A stretch of 64,000 nucleotides of DNA, taken from a virus. The stretch lies in IMG/VR virus record IMGVR_UViG_3300034683_000142, positions 1-64,000 of that record; one strand, 5' to 3'. Shown one piece after another: positions 12,501-23,675 of the stretch; within the stretch, counting starts at the first letter, position 1; each line of letters opens with the position of its first letter. Both the position numbers and the translations under genes were made by a program. A model generated the notes under the pieces. That model was not told the origin of the DNA and did no database searches. It was given only the letters and a program-made list of their open reading frames with translations.

Positions 12501-15500
12501 CTCTATGGAAGTAAATCAAAATAATTCTGCACAAGGAGCATTTCAGCAAGATGATATGGAGATAATTAGGTTTATGGTAGATGCTATATATTCTAGTCAA
12601 GATACTAATATAGCATATGATGCATTAAAAACTTTATATACCCAGTTAGCTAATATGGCTTTGAGCCAGACTCCTAAATATACTATGGATGATGCTGGCC
12701 AAACTCCAACTAAATTAATTCCAGGAGAGTATTATAACTATAATGCTGCTTATTATAATTTTGCTGCTCTAGACCAACATTTAAATTGAAATAATGCTAC
12801 TTCTTATTTTATAATAACACTACTTTTTGGGATGGTGGATTCTATGTGTAAAAACTTAACTTTAAGAAGTTGAGGTGGTAATACATGATATACAGCATTC
12901 TATGATATGGATACAGCATTTGGTTTAAATAATGCTGGTCAAGATATAGTAGAGTATTGAGCACATTTACACAGATGGTATAATATACAAGCTGGTGACA
13001 CTGGAATAACTACATTTACTCTAGAAAAAAATTATACTAATGATAACCCAGATGGTGTGAAACAATACTTTTCTTGTAACTGAAATAGGATGTGGGAAGT
13101 ATTAGAAAACTTACCATTGAGAGACAGTGGTGGATTATCAGAAGAAAGAATGACTTTAGAAAGAGCTTATGCCAATTTAAGACTAAATCTATTTTCAGAT
13201 CCAGAAGCTTTCATAAATAAATATTATAAAAGTTATACTGACCAAACAGGTGCAATATTATTTAATTATGATTATAAAGTTAAATATTTAAAAATAGCAC
13301 AAAGTTATAACGAAATAGATGGTTTTGTTGACACTACAGATTTTTCTCAATTGAAGTTTTTACATGGTAACAGAGTTATACATGTTAAAGACTGATTTAA
13401 GAAAAGAGTTTTATTTTTAGATGGAGTTTATGGAGTTACAAATAACCAGTCTAATATAGATCCTTCTGTAAATAGTCCTGCAAATCAAATGTGGAGTAAT
13501 AATAAAGCTGCTGGTGTTGGAGAACAGATATTATTTGATATAACAATGTCATCTAATTCTAAAATCTTATATAGGTGAGCATATGACAAAACTTCTGGAA
13601 GTTTTTGGTTAGATAATAAAGATATTCCAGCAGTTGTACCTACTCCTGGTGGTGAGACTATTATCTATATGTATGCAAATAAATACATAACTAAATTTGA
13701 TAATTTTAAAGACTATCCATGAACTTTACTAGTTAATATTGATTTGCCTTTGTTAAAAGAGTTAGATTTAAGTAATTTAAGGAATATACCAGCTAATAAC
13801 TTTTTATTTCCTAAAGTATATGATCCAAATACTGATACTGGGCTTAAGAGTATAGAAAAACTAATATTATCTAATGTGACTTTAACTGACGCATCTTCTT
13901 ATACTTTAGATGTTAGAGATTGTAAAAATTTAAGTTACTTAGACATATCAAACTCAAATATAACTTCAGTTTTATTAAGTGATTCAGCATCTTTAAGATA
14001 CTATAATCTTTCTAATACAGCAATTAGAACTTTAAATATAAGTAATCAAGCATTTTTAGAGTCTCTTATATTATCAGGCTGCAATGACCTAGAGGAAATA
14101 GTTATAAATAACTGCAACTCTTTAACTAATCTAGTACTTCCTTTAAATGTTAAGAGGCTTACTATTACTAACTGTGAATTTTTAGACGAGTTAAGAGTAA
14201 CTTATACTTCTATTAATAATTCTATATCTAACCTGGAATTAATAAATGTAGATAACTGTCCTAATTTAAGATTATTTGATATAAGTGGGCAGAATAACCA
14301 AACTCTTAAAGTGAATCTAATAGGTGCATGAAATCTAGAAGACTTAAAATTAAGTGGAGTAAGAACTTTAGATATATTATTGCCATCATTGTTTATAGAT
14401 GGAGAGCCTTATTTCAATACTCTTAAATCACTAGATATTAGTAATACATCTATTTCTAACTTTATCTATAATGACAATCCAAAAGATGAGCTAGGTAACT
14501 TTATAAGAAATAGCTATTTAGATTTAAGCAATTTTCCAAATTTAGATTCTATAAAAGCTTATAATAATACTTCTATTAGAGAGATTAGATGTAAGAATGA
14601 TATAAACAATCCTATTAATTTAGAGACACAATCATTTATAAATTGCAGTTCATTAAACAGAATTAAAGGTAACTTTAATATAATAGGAATGGAAGTATTT
14701 AAGAACTGTAGTAGCTTAAAATTAAATGATGAGTCTGTTTATGCTAATACTCTTCCAGATCAGTTCTTAGAAGGAAACGATGTAACAAATATATCTATAA
14801 ATTCTAGTATATTAAGAAGTGTATTTGAAAATTGTAGCTCTTTAAGTTATAATGATTTTAAAAGGATAGCTGTTAAACTAAATAATAATGTTACATCTAC
14901 TGAATCATTGTTTAAAGGATGTTCTGGAATAACAGGAGAAATATGAAGAGATTTCTTTTCTAATTGTAGAAATATAGATAATATTAAAGATATGTTTTCT
15001 GGTTCTGGTATATCAGGAACTATAGTTTCCAGAGCTGATAATTATTCAGATAGTGATGAAAGTACTTGAGGATTGTTTGATTATCTTCCAAATTTAAGAA
15101 ATCTAGAAGGATCTTTTGAAAGTTCTTTTATAGAGTGAATAGATAATAACCTATTCAAATCAAAAAATGGAACATATTATCCTTTTGTTAATATAGATAA
15201 TATGTTTAGGTATTGTGGAAGACTAAAAACTTGTTCAGATACTAGACAAGTAACTAAAACATACGGTAGGTTAAATTCTAAAACATTCTTTACAGACTTA
15301 AGAAATTTAGTTTCTGTATATCCAAAAGATGTATTTAGAGGATGTTCTGGTGTAGATATGGATATTATAAATGATGGTAATATAACTTATTTATTCCATA
15401 TATTAACAAACTCTTCTTATAATGTATTAACCGATTCTTTATATGCTGGAATTAACTTATTTGGAGAAATTAAATCTAATGTGTTTGGTGGAATAAGTAA

Positions 15501-17346
15501 TACCTTTTCTGATGGAGATACTACTTATTATATACCTAAATTTACATCTATTCAGTATCCATTTTCGAGTTCTGGAAGTAATATATCCATAGATATTAGT
15601 CAGATGGGGCAAATATTCAGAAATATAAACACCACACTACTTCAAGCAATTGGTGTATTTTCTGGATTAAAAACAATTGGCTCTAGAAAAATACCTGATG
15701 ACATTTTTCAAGGATGTATAAATCTTAATAGTATAGAATCTTTATTTGCAAATAGTGATATAGATAATGATGGAGAAATATATGAATTTCCTAACCAAGT
15801 AATATTTAGAGATACAGTTTCTCTAAAAAGTATTAAAAACTTATTTAATAATACTAATAAAATAAGAATTAAGTTACTGGGGGAAGGATTTAAAAATTGT
15901 ATTCTAGAAGATGTTTCTGGTGCTTTTGCTTCTAGTGGAGTATTTGGAATTATTCCATATAGACTATTCTTTATGACTGATGGAACTTCTATAAGAAGAA
16001 CTATAAAACATATGGAAGGTATATTTAATAATTGTTGATTATTGGGATATACTGCTGATAGACAAATTAGTACAGATACATTATTAGAAACTATAACATA
16101 TCCAGATGGTAATACTGTATCTATTTATACAAATTGAGCTAATAATATAGTATCAGTTCCTGGAACTAAAGTAGATTATAAATTAGATGTAACTAATATG
16201 TCTAAATCTTATAATTTTGATAGAGATGAAAGACAGACTATTCCTAATCCAAATTATATAGCTGATCCAGCAAATAGACCTCCAGATTATGATCCAAGTA
16301 CTCCGGAAACTATTCCTAATCCAGAATATAATCCAGGAGAACAAGCATTCGATATTTGGTATTTAGATGGATATGGATGGGATGGAGCTACATCTACAGA
16401 ACAGTCTGAGTTGGATGCACAAAAAGCTAGATTACAGAGATACTTTATATATGATCAATATCAAGCACAGTCTATTCAAGATAATGCTATTACTGACTGA
16501 TATACAGAAAGCCATCAAAACTACATGATTCCAACAGATTTGTTTAGATATTGTCATAAAGAAGCTACACTGTCAGGAGTATTAAGTAGCTTATCTTGGT
16601 ATGAGCGTATAGTTGTTGTTGATCCAGCTACTGGTAAAGGTTCTATACGAACTACAAATAATATACAAGGATTAAGAGGTAGAATACCAGTAAGATTGTT
16701 TAAGTCTTTAGTAGATAATACAGAATTTAATTCTGTATTTAGTAATACTAAATTTGATGCATTCTATGGCTTAAGAGGTACAAATACTAATAATTTAACT
16801 AGAGGTATTGCATATCCACCTGATTTATTACAAAATAATGTAGAGCTAACAGATGTTCCTAATTTATTTAGTAATACAGTTATACCTATAGGAGTAGATA
16901 TTAATTCTGACTTATTTAAAAACAATATAAAGTTAAAGAATATAAGTTCAGTTTGGTCTAATTGTACATTTGATAAGAGGCCTTATAATGCAGAATCATT
17001 TTCTCCAGACCAAGTCTATTATCCACAGATTGATTTTGTAAATATATTCAAATATAATATTAAAATAACTAATGCTTCTAATTTATTTGCAGTAACAGAC
17101 ATAGTAAGAGATAATAAAGGATTGCTAATGATTACACCAGATTTATTAAGAACAGCATTAAATATAAATAATATTAGTGGTATGTTTTATTACAATATAA
17201 ATATGTATGGAGCAGTACCATTGTTCCAATCTACTATATATACAGCTTTAAATTCAGTGTATGGATACTTAACTGGAGTTAATAAATCTAACATAACTAA
17301 TGCTGATCAATTAGAACCTAGACTTATTCCTTCTGGATGAGATTAA
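9550..17346 (+). CDS. Giant 2598-aa protein: coiled-coil/Gly linker, beta-rich region, LamG-like domain, CotH-like kinase domain, LRR/BspA-like repeats
   Basis: Eight track ORFs lie in one frame joined by TGA; TAATG start, TAA 17344-17346. Motifs LQGTSSLSYNAKNF, LKADVMDSAHVNN, FMGIYNFN, GMVDSMCKN, FYDMDTAFG, WFKKRVLFLD. LxxLDLSN repeats from about 13750. Confidence 0.8.
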
Positions 17347-17464
17347 TTATTAGTTTATACAATAATATAACTTAAATATTACATATTTTATTTAACTATT
17401 TTTACATACTATACGTATATTAGTGTCTAGTTTTTATATATAAAATTTTTATACTTTTATACAA

Positions 17465-17494
17465 TTGTTAGTAAAAAAAAATATTAATTTTGCA
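17465..17494 (+). promoter_or_regulatory. Candidate Bacteroidota housekeeping promoter (-33 TTG, -7 TAnnTTTG)
   Basis: TAATTTTGCA at 17485-17494 with TTG 17 nt upstream, in the only large intergenic gap (17347-17556), ahead of the capsid operon. Confidence 0.45.
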
Positions 17495-17556
17495 AAAATG
17501 AATGTTAATGTAAATGGTAAAAAATTAAGATTCTTAAAACCCTAATAAACACAATA

Positions 17557-18309
17557 ATGCCATTATTAACAATTGAAATTGATCTATCTTCTTTATTTGA
17601 TATTAATATAATTGTATTTACTACTCTAGCTTTTGTATTTAGTGTTGTAGTAACAATATTTTTAGTACTTGGATTAAGACCTATAACAACTAGAGCTAGA
17701 AAGGCTAATGACTTAGAACCAGAAAAATTAAGTCTTACTTATCTTAGGCTTATTATGTATGTATTTGCTGAATCTATAGCATTTGTAGCTGATATGTTTT
17801 TGGTAATATTTTCTGGAAGCTATAAAGTACCATGATTCACAATAGTAGTATTTTTAACTATATTAGTCTATAAATTAGTATTTGTATTACTTAAAGATTA
17901 TAGAGATTTAGGATTTGATACAAAAGGAGTAACAAAATCTGTATCTACAGCTATAAAACTAATTGAAAGAAAAGATATAGATGTAATACTTGATGCAATA
18001 GATGAATATGATAAAGAGGAGTCTAAAAACAAAAAAATGACTAAATCATCAAAAACAAAAAGGAATAATACTCCAATGATATTGATATTATTATTTATAT
18101 TATCATGTATGGGACTAGCAATATATAGCCAATCGTATATGATTCATAATATAGAGTATCAATCCGAACAATATCTAGGAGATAAAATTACAGATATAAA
18201 GAGTTCCAATAAAATTGTAGGATCTGGTTTTAGTATAAATAGCCAAGATACTATAATTTTAAGGTATCCTAACACTGATAAGAAAATTATACTAGTACCA
18301 GATAAATAA
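17557..18309 (+). CDS. Membrane protein, 250 aa, about 4 TM segments (holin-like N-half)
   Basis: ORFs 17557 and 18037 are in frame and joined via TGA 17833 (KVP-W-FTIVVFL). Three hydrophobic helices, a charged linker, then a fourth helix. Confidence 0.65.
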
Positions 18310-18336
18310 TAAAATTAATAAAATAGGAGAATGTAA

Positions 18337-19305
18337 ATGGATGAGTTTGAAAATGTTATAGAGTCTGATGATTTTTTAGAAGACTCTACACAACCACAAG
18401 AAAATGTAGTAGAAGAAGATAATGGTATAGAAAGTATCTTTAATGACGATTATGAGGATAATCCTTCTTCACAGTCTATCATTGACAAATTTTTACAATC
18501 TAAAGGAATTGTAGATTCTAAAATTAAGGTCATAGATGAAGATAGTAAAGAAGTTGAAGTAAAATTCTCTGATTTGTCAGAAGAAGAACAACTGGATATA
18601 CTGAATTCTTTAACTACACAAGATAGTCCACAAGTAGATGATTCTGAATTAGCTTTTTTAAATGAACTAAAAAAGAATAATTTAACTATTCAACAGTTTT
18701 TAGATCTTTATAAAGAGTCAGTAATATCTGAAGCTGGACTTCAACCTGAGCCATCATATACAGTAGATCAATATGATGATAAGGAACTATTTTTACTAGA
18801 TCTCAAAAATAAATATGATTTAACAGATGAAGAACTCCAAATAGAACTTGAAAAGGAACTTCAAAATGAGGAACTTTTTAATAAGAAAGTTGCAAAATTA
18901 AGAAGCGAGTATAAAGAATTGGAGGAACAATACAATGCTAGTCAAAAGGCTGAATTTGAAAAACAACAGCAACAGCAGTATAATCAATTTGTGGATCAAA
19001 TGACTGATATTGCTGTAAAAACTACAGGATTTCATGGCTTGGAACTAGAAGATGAAGATAAAAATAATACACTTTCATATCTGCTTGATTTAGATGAAAA
19101 TGGAATGAGTCAATTCTATAAAGATCTAAATAACCCAGAGAAAATATACGAAGTAGCTTGGTATTTAAAATATGGTAAAGATGCCTTCAAAGCAGTTGAA
19201 GATGCATACGAAGCCGAGATAGCAAAGCTAAAATCGAAAGTAGATAAGCCACGTGTTGTTAGGCACCAGAACAACGAAAATGACGTATTTAATAATTTAT
19301 TTTAA
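18337..19305 (+). CDS. Acidic coiled-coil protein upstream of MCP (scaffold-like; crAss gene-77 position)
   Basis: Very D/E-rich helical ORF directly before the MCP. Confidence 0.7.
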   Translation: MDEFENVIESDDFLEDSTQPQENVVEEDNGIESIFNDDYEDNPSSQSIIDKFLQSKGIVDSKIKVIDEDSKEVEVKFSDLSEEEQLDILNSLTTQDSPQVDDSELAFLNELKKNNLTIQQFLDLYKESVISEAGLQPEPSYTVDQYDDKELFLLDLKNKYDLTDEELQIELEKELQNEELFNKKVAKLRSEYKELEEQYNASQKAEFEKQQQQQYNQFVDQMTDIAVKTTGFHGLELEDEDKNNTLSYLLDLDENGMSQFYKDLNNPEKIYEVAWYLKYGKDAFKAVEDAYEAEIAKLKSKVDKPRVVRHQNNENDVFNNLF

Positions 19306-19314
19306 TAAAAAACT

Positions 19315-20733
19315 ATGATAGTTGCAAGCTATGTAAATCTGAAGCCTGAATTGGCACACAGTAGAACGTATGAAGACTTCTATAAGTTACTGGGAACTAC
19401 TCCTCAAATGATGGGAGTAATGGCAAGGATGAACATGAATAACACCGCCACATTCCTTACAGAAGGCTTGATGAATGTCTATTACAATCAAAAAACAGTT
19501 AATAAATTTCAACCTATTAATTCATTGATGGTTGAATGGGAGATAGAAGTTGGTTTCTTAAAAAGAGTTGCTTTTGCTGCACCTCCTACAGGAGATGGTG
19601 CTGGCGGCTCAGATATAACAATGTACTTTACTGAAAGGTATTATGAACGATATGATACCTTTATAATTGAAAAATCAGGACAACAGTGTGTTGTTAAGAC
19701 TGTTCCCCAAAGAAAAGCAGATAATTTCTGGGAATATGTTGTACAGTTGATTGACTCGGATTACGAGGCAATTCTTGATGCAAACTCTTGTCAAGTAGGA
19801 GATACTACAAGATTCTTATCGAATGTAGTACCTGAATACCACTCTGAAGGCTACGTAAAGGCACAGAGTAATGTTGAAAAACATAGAACCTGGATTAAAG
19901 AGTCTCGTGTTGATATCAGCATGTCTTCTAGATATGATGCATTTGAAGAGCAGTTTATAAAAATCTCTAATGGTGAAACAGGCGGAGAACTTAAACAAAA
20001 ACTCTATAAACTGAATAAAGCAGAAAGAGATTTGTTAGATTCTTGGTATAATGCTAAAAATCAAGGTCTATTGTGGGATAAATCTACAATGGATGCAAAT
20101 GGTAAGTGTACAGTACATGACCATGAAGGTCGTCCACTGATACAAGGTGATGGACTTATTCCTCAATACCAAAGATTTGCTAGTAAAATGAAATACACTA
20201 GACTTGAAATCTCTGTTATTGATAAAATGATGGAACAAATGGTTGACAAATGTGAAAATCCTGTTGGAAATCACTTTATGTTTGCCGTTAATAAAGTTTT
20301 GTGGAACCAAATTAATACAGCTTTGAGAGATTGGCTGAAATTGTGGAACTCTACACCTACAATGATATACTCTAAAGCAGCAGGAATGCCTATAAAGATT
20401 GATAATCCTATAAAAGTAGGGGCTACTTTCATGTCTTATGAAGTTGCTGGTAATGTAGTTACCTTTGTAGTAGATAATGCACTTTCTAAATATTATCCTA
20501 CTAAGGGGTTTGGCTTGTGTATGGATCTTACTCCTGACATGTCAACTGGTAATCCAGCTGTTGGTGCCTTCACTCTTAAAGGTAAAGAATTTATCTCTAA
20601 CAAACTAACTGGAGTTGGTTTCCAAAATGGAGAAGTAGCTACTCCTGTAGCAGGTGGTAAATTAATAGTATCTGGTTATTATGGTATAGCAGCTTTTGCA
20701 CCATATAAATCATTTATACTTAGCCAAAATTAA
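19315..20733 (+). CDS. Major capsid protein (crAss-like), 472 aa
   Basis: RTYEDFYKLLG...TFLTEGL, ERYYERYDTF, EKHRTWI motifs, size and position match crAss-like MCPs as recalled. Followed by a terminator. Confidence 0.85.
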   Translation: MIVASYVNLKPELAHSRTYEDFYKLLGTTPQMMGVMARMNMNNTATFLTEGLMNVYYNQKTVNKFQPINSLMVEWEIEVGFLKRVAFAAPPTGDGAGGSDITMYFTERYYERYDTFIIEKSGQQCVVKTVPQRKADNFWEYVVQLIDSDYEAILDANSCQVGDTTRFLSNVVPEYHSEGYVKAQSNVEKHRTWIKESRVDISMSSRYDAFEEQFIKISNGETGGELKQKLYKLNKAERDLLDSWYNAKNQGLLWDKSTMDANGKCTVHDHEGRPLIQGDGLIPQYQRFASKMKYTRLEISVIDKMMEQMVDKCENPVGNHFMFAVNKVLWNQINTALRDWLKLWNSTPTMIYSKAAGMPIKIDNPIKVGATFMSYEVAGNVVTFVVDNALSKYYPTKGFGLCMDLTPDMSTGNPAVGAFTLKGKEFISNKLTGVGFQNGEVATPVAGGKLIVSGYYGIAAFAPYKSFILSQN

Positions 20734-20767
20734 AAGAATTGGGGAGTTTAATCTCCTCATTCTTTTA
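20731..20767 (+). terminator. Intrinsic terminator after MCP
   Basis: TAAAAGAAT-T-GGGGAG TTTAAT CTCCTC-ATTCTTTTA stem-loop. Confidence 0.7.
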
Positions 20768-20819
20768 GATACTAATAACCTATAGATAACAATAACTTAT
20801 ATATAATAAACAATGAGCA

Positions 20820-21716
20820 ATGATTAATGCTATAATATTACGTAGCGTATTCGGGAAGGTGGGCCAAAAATACTTTATCCAACCTTGTCCAAATCCTAGA
20901 ACTGGTAGGTTTGCAGAATGTGTAAAGAACATAGATGCAAATGGAGATATGATATTATCTGAAAGTGAAAAAGAAGACCAAAAGAACAAACTAATACATT
21001 ATATTCCAATTAATGAAATATTTGTAATAGAAGATGGTTTTAAATTGGATCTTACAGATGTGGTAGATAGATGTATTTGGGAAGCAATTCAATATTCCGA
21101 TATAATTGCAAAAGATAGAGACGAAAGAGACGAAAATGGTATTCTAGTAATAGATGGAGATCAACAGAAATATGGTACAGCAGAGCTGTATGTAGAAAGA
21201 CCTGGAGAAGTAACTAAAGCTAGGGTAACCAAAAAACAACTAATCTTCAAAGCAGAGCAGTATATCTATAATGATTCAGAATCCGATAGAATCAAAAAAT
21301 GTCAAGTACTTGGTAGGGATTTAAGAAATGCTTATCCAGCAGACGTTTTAGATTATATGATTAGTGTTGCAGAAAAAGATCCACAAAAAATCATAAATAT
21401 GTATGAAGATGATGGCTGGAAAATGCACTTATTTATATTGGATGCAATAGAAAAAGGTGTTATTAGAAGGTCAGATGGTATATATAGATATGATGATAAA
21501 ATGTTAGGTGGGTCTATAGAAGCAGTTATTACATTATTAAAAGATGTAAGGTATAAAGCTATTCTAGATTCTATAAAGAGAGAAACATATATAGATTACT
21601 TACCTAAATCTGAAATAGAAAATATAGAAAAACACCAAACAGATGGAATACCTCATTTTGATGAGAGTAGAGAAGAAGGTAAAGCAACTTCAACCGCTTC
21701 TAAGAAAAAGAGTTAA
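20820..21716 (+). CDS. Conserved crAss capsid-module protein (gene-75 position), 298 aa
   Basis: Intact ORF after MCP; IILRSVFGKVG and AELYVERPG motifs. Confidence 0.7.
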   Translation: MINAIILRSVFGKVGQKYFIQPCPNPRTGRFAECVKNIDANGDMILSESEKEDQKNKLIHYIPINEIFVIEDGFKLDLTDVVDRCIWEAIQYSDIIAKDRDERDENGILVIDGDQQKYGTAELYVERPGEVTKARVTKKQLIFKAEQYIYNDSESDRIKKCQVLGRDLRNAYPADVLDYMISVAEKDPQKIINMYEDDGWKMHLFILDAIEKGVIRRSDGIYRYDDKMLGGSIEAVITLLKDVRYKAILDSIKRETYIDYLPKSEIENIEKHQTDGIPHFDESREEGKATSTASKKKS

Positions 21717-21732
21717 CTAAATTGTATAACCA

Positions 21733-21755
21733 TTAATTAGGTAATACCTAATTAA
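21733..21755. repeat. Perfect 11-bp inverted repeat TTAATTAGGTA-A-TACCTAATTAA
   Basis: Directly visible intergenic palindrome 16 nt upstream of the next gene's probable start. Confidence 0.85.
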
Positions 21756-21771
21756 ATAAAAACTTAAGGAT

Positions 21772-22653
21772 ATCACATCAAAACAAGCGTTTGAGTATGC
21801 TTTAGTAGAATTGAACAAAGTCCAGGCTCCTAGCTTACTCTTAGAAGATTATAATTACTTTATTAACAAAGCTATTAATCAGTATGTAAATAAAGTATAT
21901 AACTTGTACGACATCAACCAACAAAAATCAGATGATGTAAGAGTACTTAAATCAACAGCAATACTAGTTCCTACTGTGCAAACAGTATATAGTACACTAA
22001 ATGAAGAATCTAGATTACTGTACAAAACATATGAAGTAGTTCTTCCAGATGATTATTTACACATTTTAAACTGTGTAGTTGAATATGATGTTTTAAAAGA
22101 TTATAAATGCTACAATAAGGGTAGTAAATGAGCCACAGGAGCTAAACGGCTGACAGCCGATATGTTTTCTCAGATAATAAATAATTACTACATGCGTCCA
22201 TCTTATAAGAATCCGTATTTTTATATTAATAATATAACTACGGATACAACTTATCAGACAGCAGATAACCAAACTCCTATTACTTATTCTGAAAATTTAA
22301 ATGCTGGAGTTCCAGAAAATGTAGAAAAAGTTTCTGGAGTTAGGTACGGTAATAAGAATCAAGTAAGATTGGAAATAAGATATGGCAAAGATGATGCAAT
22401 TTTTAAACTTGCATTGGTGTATGTAGATTATTTAAAAGCTCCGCAATTCGTTAGGCTTACTCAAGAACAAGTCGATCAAGTGGAGGATACCTCCCAAGTT
22501 CTTGAATTTCCAGATTATGTTTGTCAGGAAATTGTGAATGAACTAGTTATGTTATTATTAGAGAATGCCAGTGATCCCAGATTACAAACTAACATCCCTA
22601 TTAGTAAATCTATAGCTAATCCTGTACAGGAACAACAACAGAATAATAGATAA
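21772..22653 (+). CDS. Ring/head-tail connector protein (gene-74 position), about 293 aa; probable ATC start
   Basis: ORFs 21811 and 22162 join via TGA 22129. ELNKVQAPSLLLEDYNY and LEFPDYVCQEIVNELV...DPRLQT motifs. No ATG after the in-frame TAA at 21757. Confidence 0.7.
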
Positions 22654-22685
22654 ATTTTTATTTTTTGAAAATAAATAAATAAATT

Positions 22686-23606
22686 ATGTTTCAATACACA
22701 AAAACAACGATTATAAATGGGCAATACGCAGTAGATGCTCAAGGTAATCCCCTATTAGATAGTGCTGGTCTTCCAGTAAAAAAAGTACAAAAAGCTTCTG
22801 ATGATTCATCTATTACTGTAATAGGGTCGGGAACTTTTCTTAAAGATAATATAAAAAGTATTTATAAACGACCTTACGAAGCAGGTGTAAAAGAAGAAGC
22901 TACACTAACAGTTAGTTTGAGTGGTGTAACTGCTGGAGATATTTTAAGGCTTACAGTTAAAGTTAAATTGGATGGGACTACTCAGTCTGACTATGCTAAC
23001 TTTACTTATGACTTTAGACAACCAATTACAGTAGATATTGCCTCTTCTGGCACAGCTACTACTGATGCTGCTGAATTTGTTAAAGTTTTCAACAAACTTA
23101 AAGCAGAATATGGTAGGTCATTATTTACAACTTCTGCAACTGCTGAAACTATAACTTTTAAAGCTAAAACTAATGATCAAAGGTTTGAGTCTATAGTATT
23201 AGAAAAAGTTGGTGCAGTTCCTTTGAATACTTTAACTCCAGAAATTAAACAACTTGCAGTAGGTAGCGTATCAGTTCCTGGAAAGAATGGATTTGGAGAT
23301 GATGCATGGATGTTAAAATCTGTAGTTATTCCTACTCTTGAAAATACCAGAGTATTTGGAATACTTAAAGATGAAAAACCTGTTCTAGGTGGTAACTATT
23401 CTCAATATACTCTCAAATATGAAGTAATGTCTGATGAGTATGACATATGGAATGGTAACAAAGTGTCAGTTACAAACCATGTATTCTGGGTAGCAGCTGA
23501 TCAGGTAACTAATTTTGAAAATACAGTTCTTGCTGTACACTCCCCTATTAAATCAATAGGAGAAGGTGGTGTAGTAACAGATGTAGAATTGGTTGTAGGG
23601 CCCTAA
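22686..23606 (+). CDS. Probable auxiliary capsid/structural protein, 306 aa
   Basis: MFQYTKTTIIN start, beta-rich, YSQYTLKY...TNHVFWV end. Followed by a strong terminator. Confidence 0.65.
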   Translation: MFQYTKTTIINGQYAVDAQGNPLLDSAGLPVKKVQKASDDSSITVIGSGTFLKDNIKSIYKRPYEAGVKEEATLTVSLSGVTAGDILRLTVKVKLDGTTQSDYANFTYDFRQPITVDIASSGTATTDAAEFVKVFNKLKAEYGRSLFTTSATAETITFKAKTNDQRFESIVLEKVGAVPLNTLTPEIKQLAVGSVSVPGKNGFGDDAWMLKSVVIPTLENTRVFGILKDEKPVLGGNYSQYTLKYEVMSDEYDIWNGNKVSVTNHVFWVAADQVTNFENTVLAVHSPIKSIGEGGVVTDVELVVGP

Positions 23607-23632
23607 ATTATAGTTATAAATTAAAAACCTTT

Positions 23633-23666
23633 AAAAGGCGGCGGAACAAACTGCCGCCTTTTTTAT
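23633..23666 (+). terminator. Intrinsic terminator
   Basis: AAAAGGCGGCGG AACAAA CTGCCGCCTTTTTT: GC-rich stem plus U tract. Confidence 0.85.
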
Positions 23667-23675
23667 TTAAAATAT

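Noticed and set aside
17347-17556. Suppressor tRNA, ncRNA or CRISPR array in the intergenic gap
   Set aside because: Extremely AT-rich, with no cloverleaf, T-loop motif or spaced direct repeats.
20813-20827. Mini-ORF ATG AGC AAT GAT TAA overlapping the start at 20820
   Set aside because: Four codons, expected by chance in AT-rich DNA. No further support for regulation or frameshifting.
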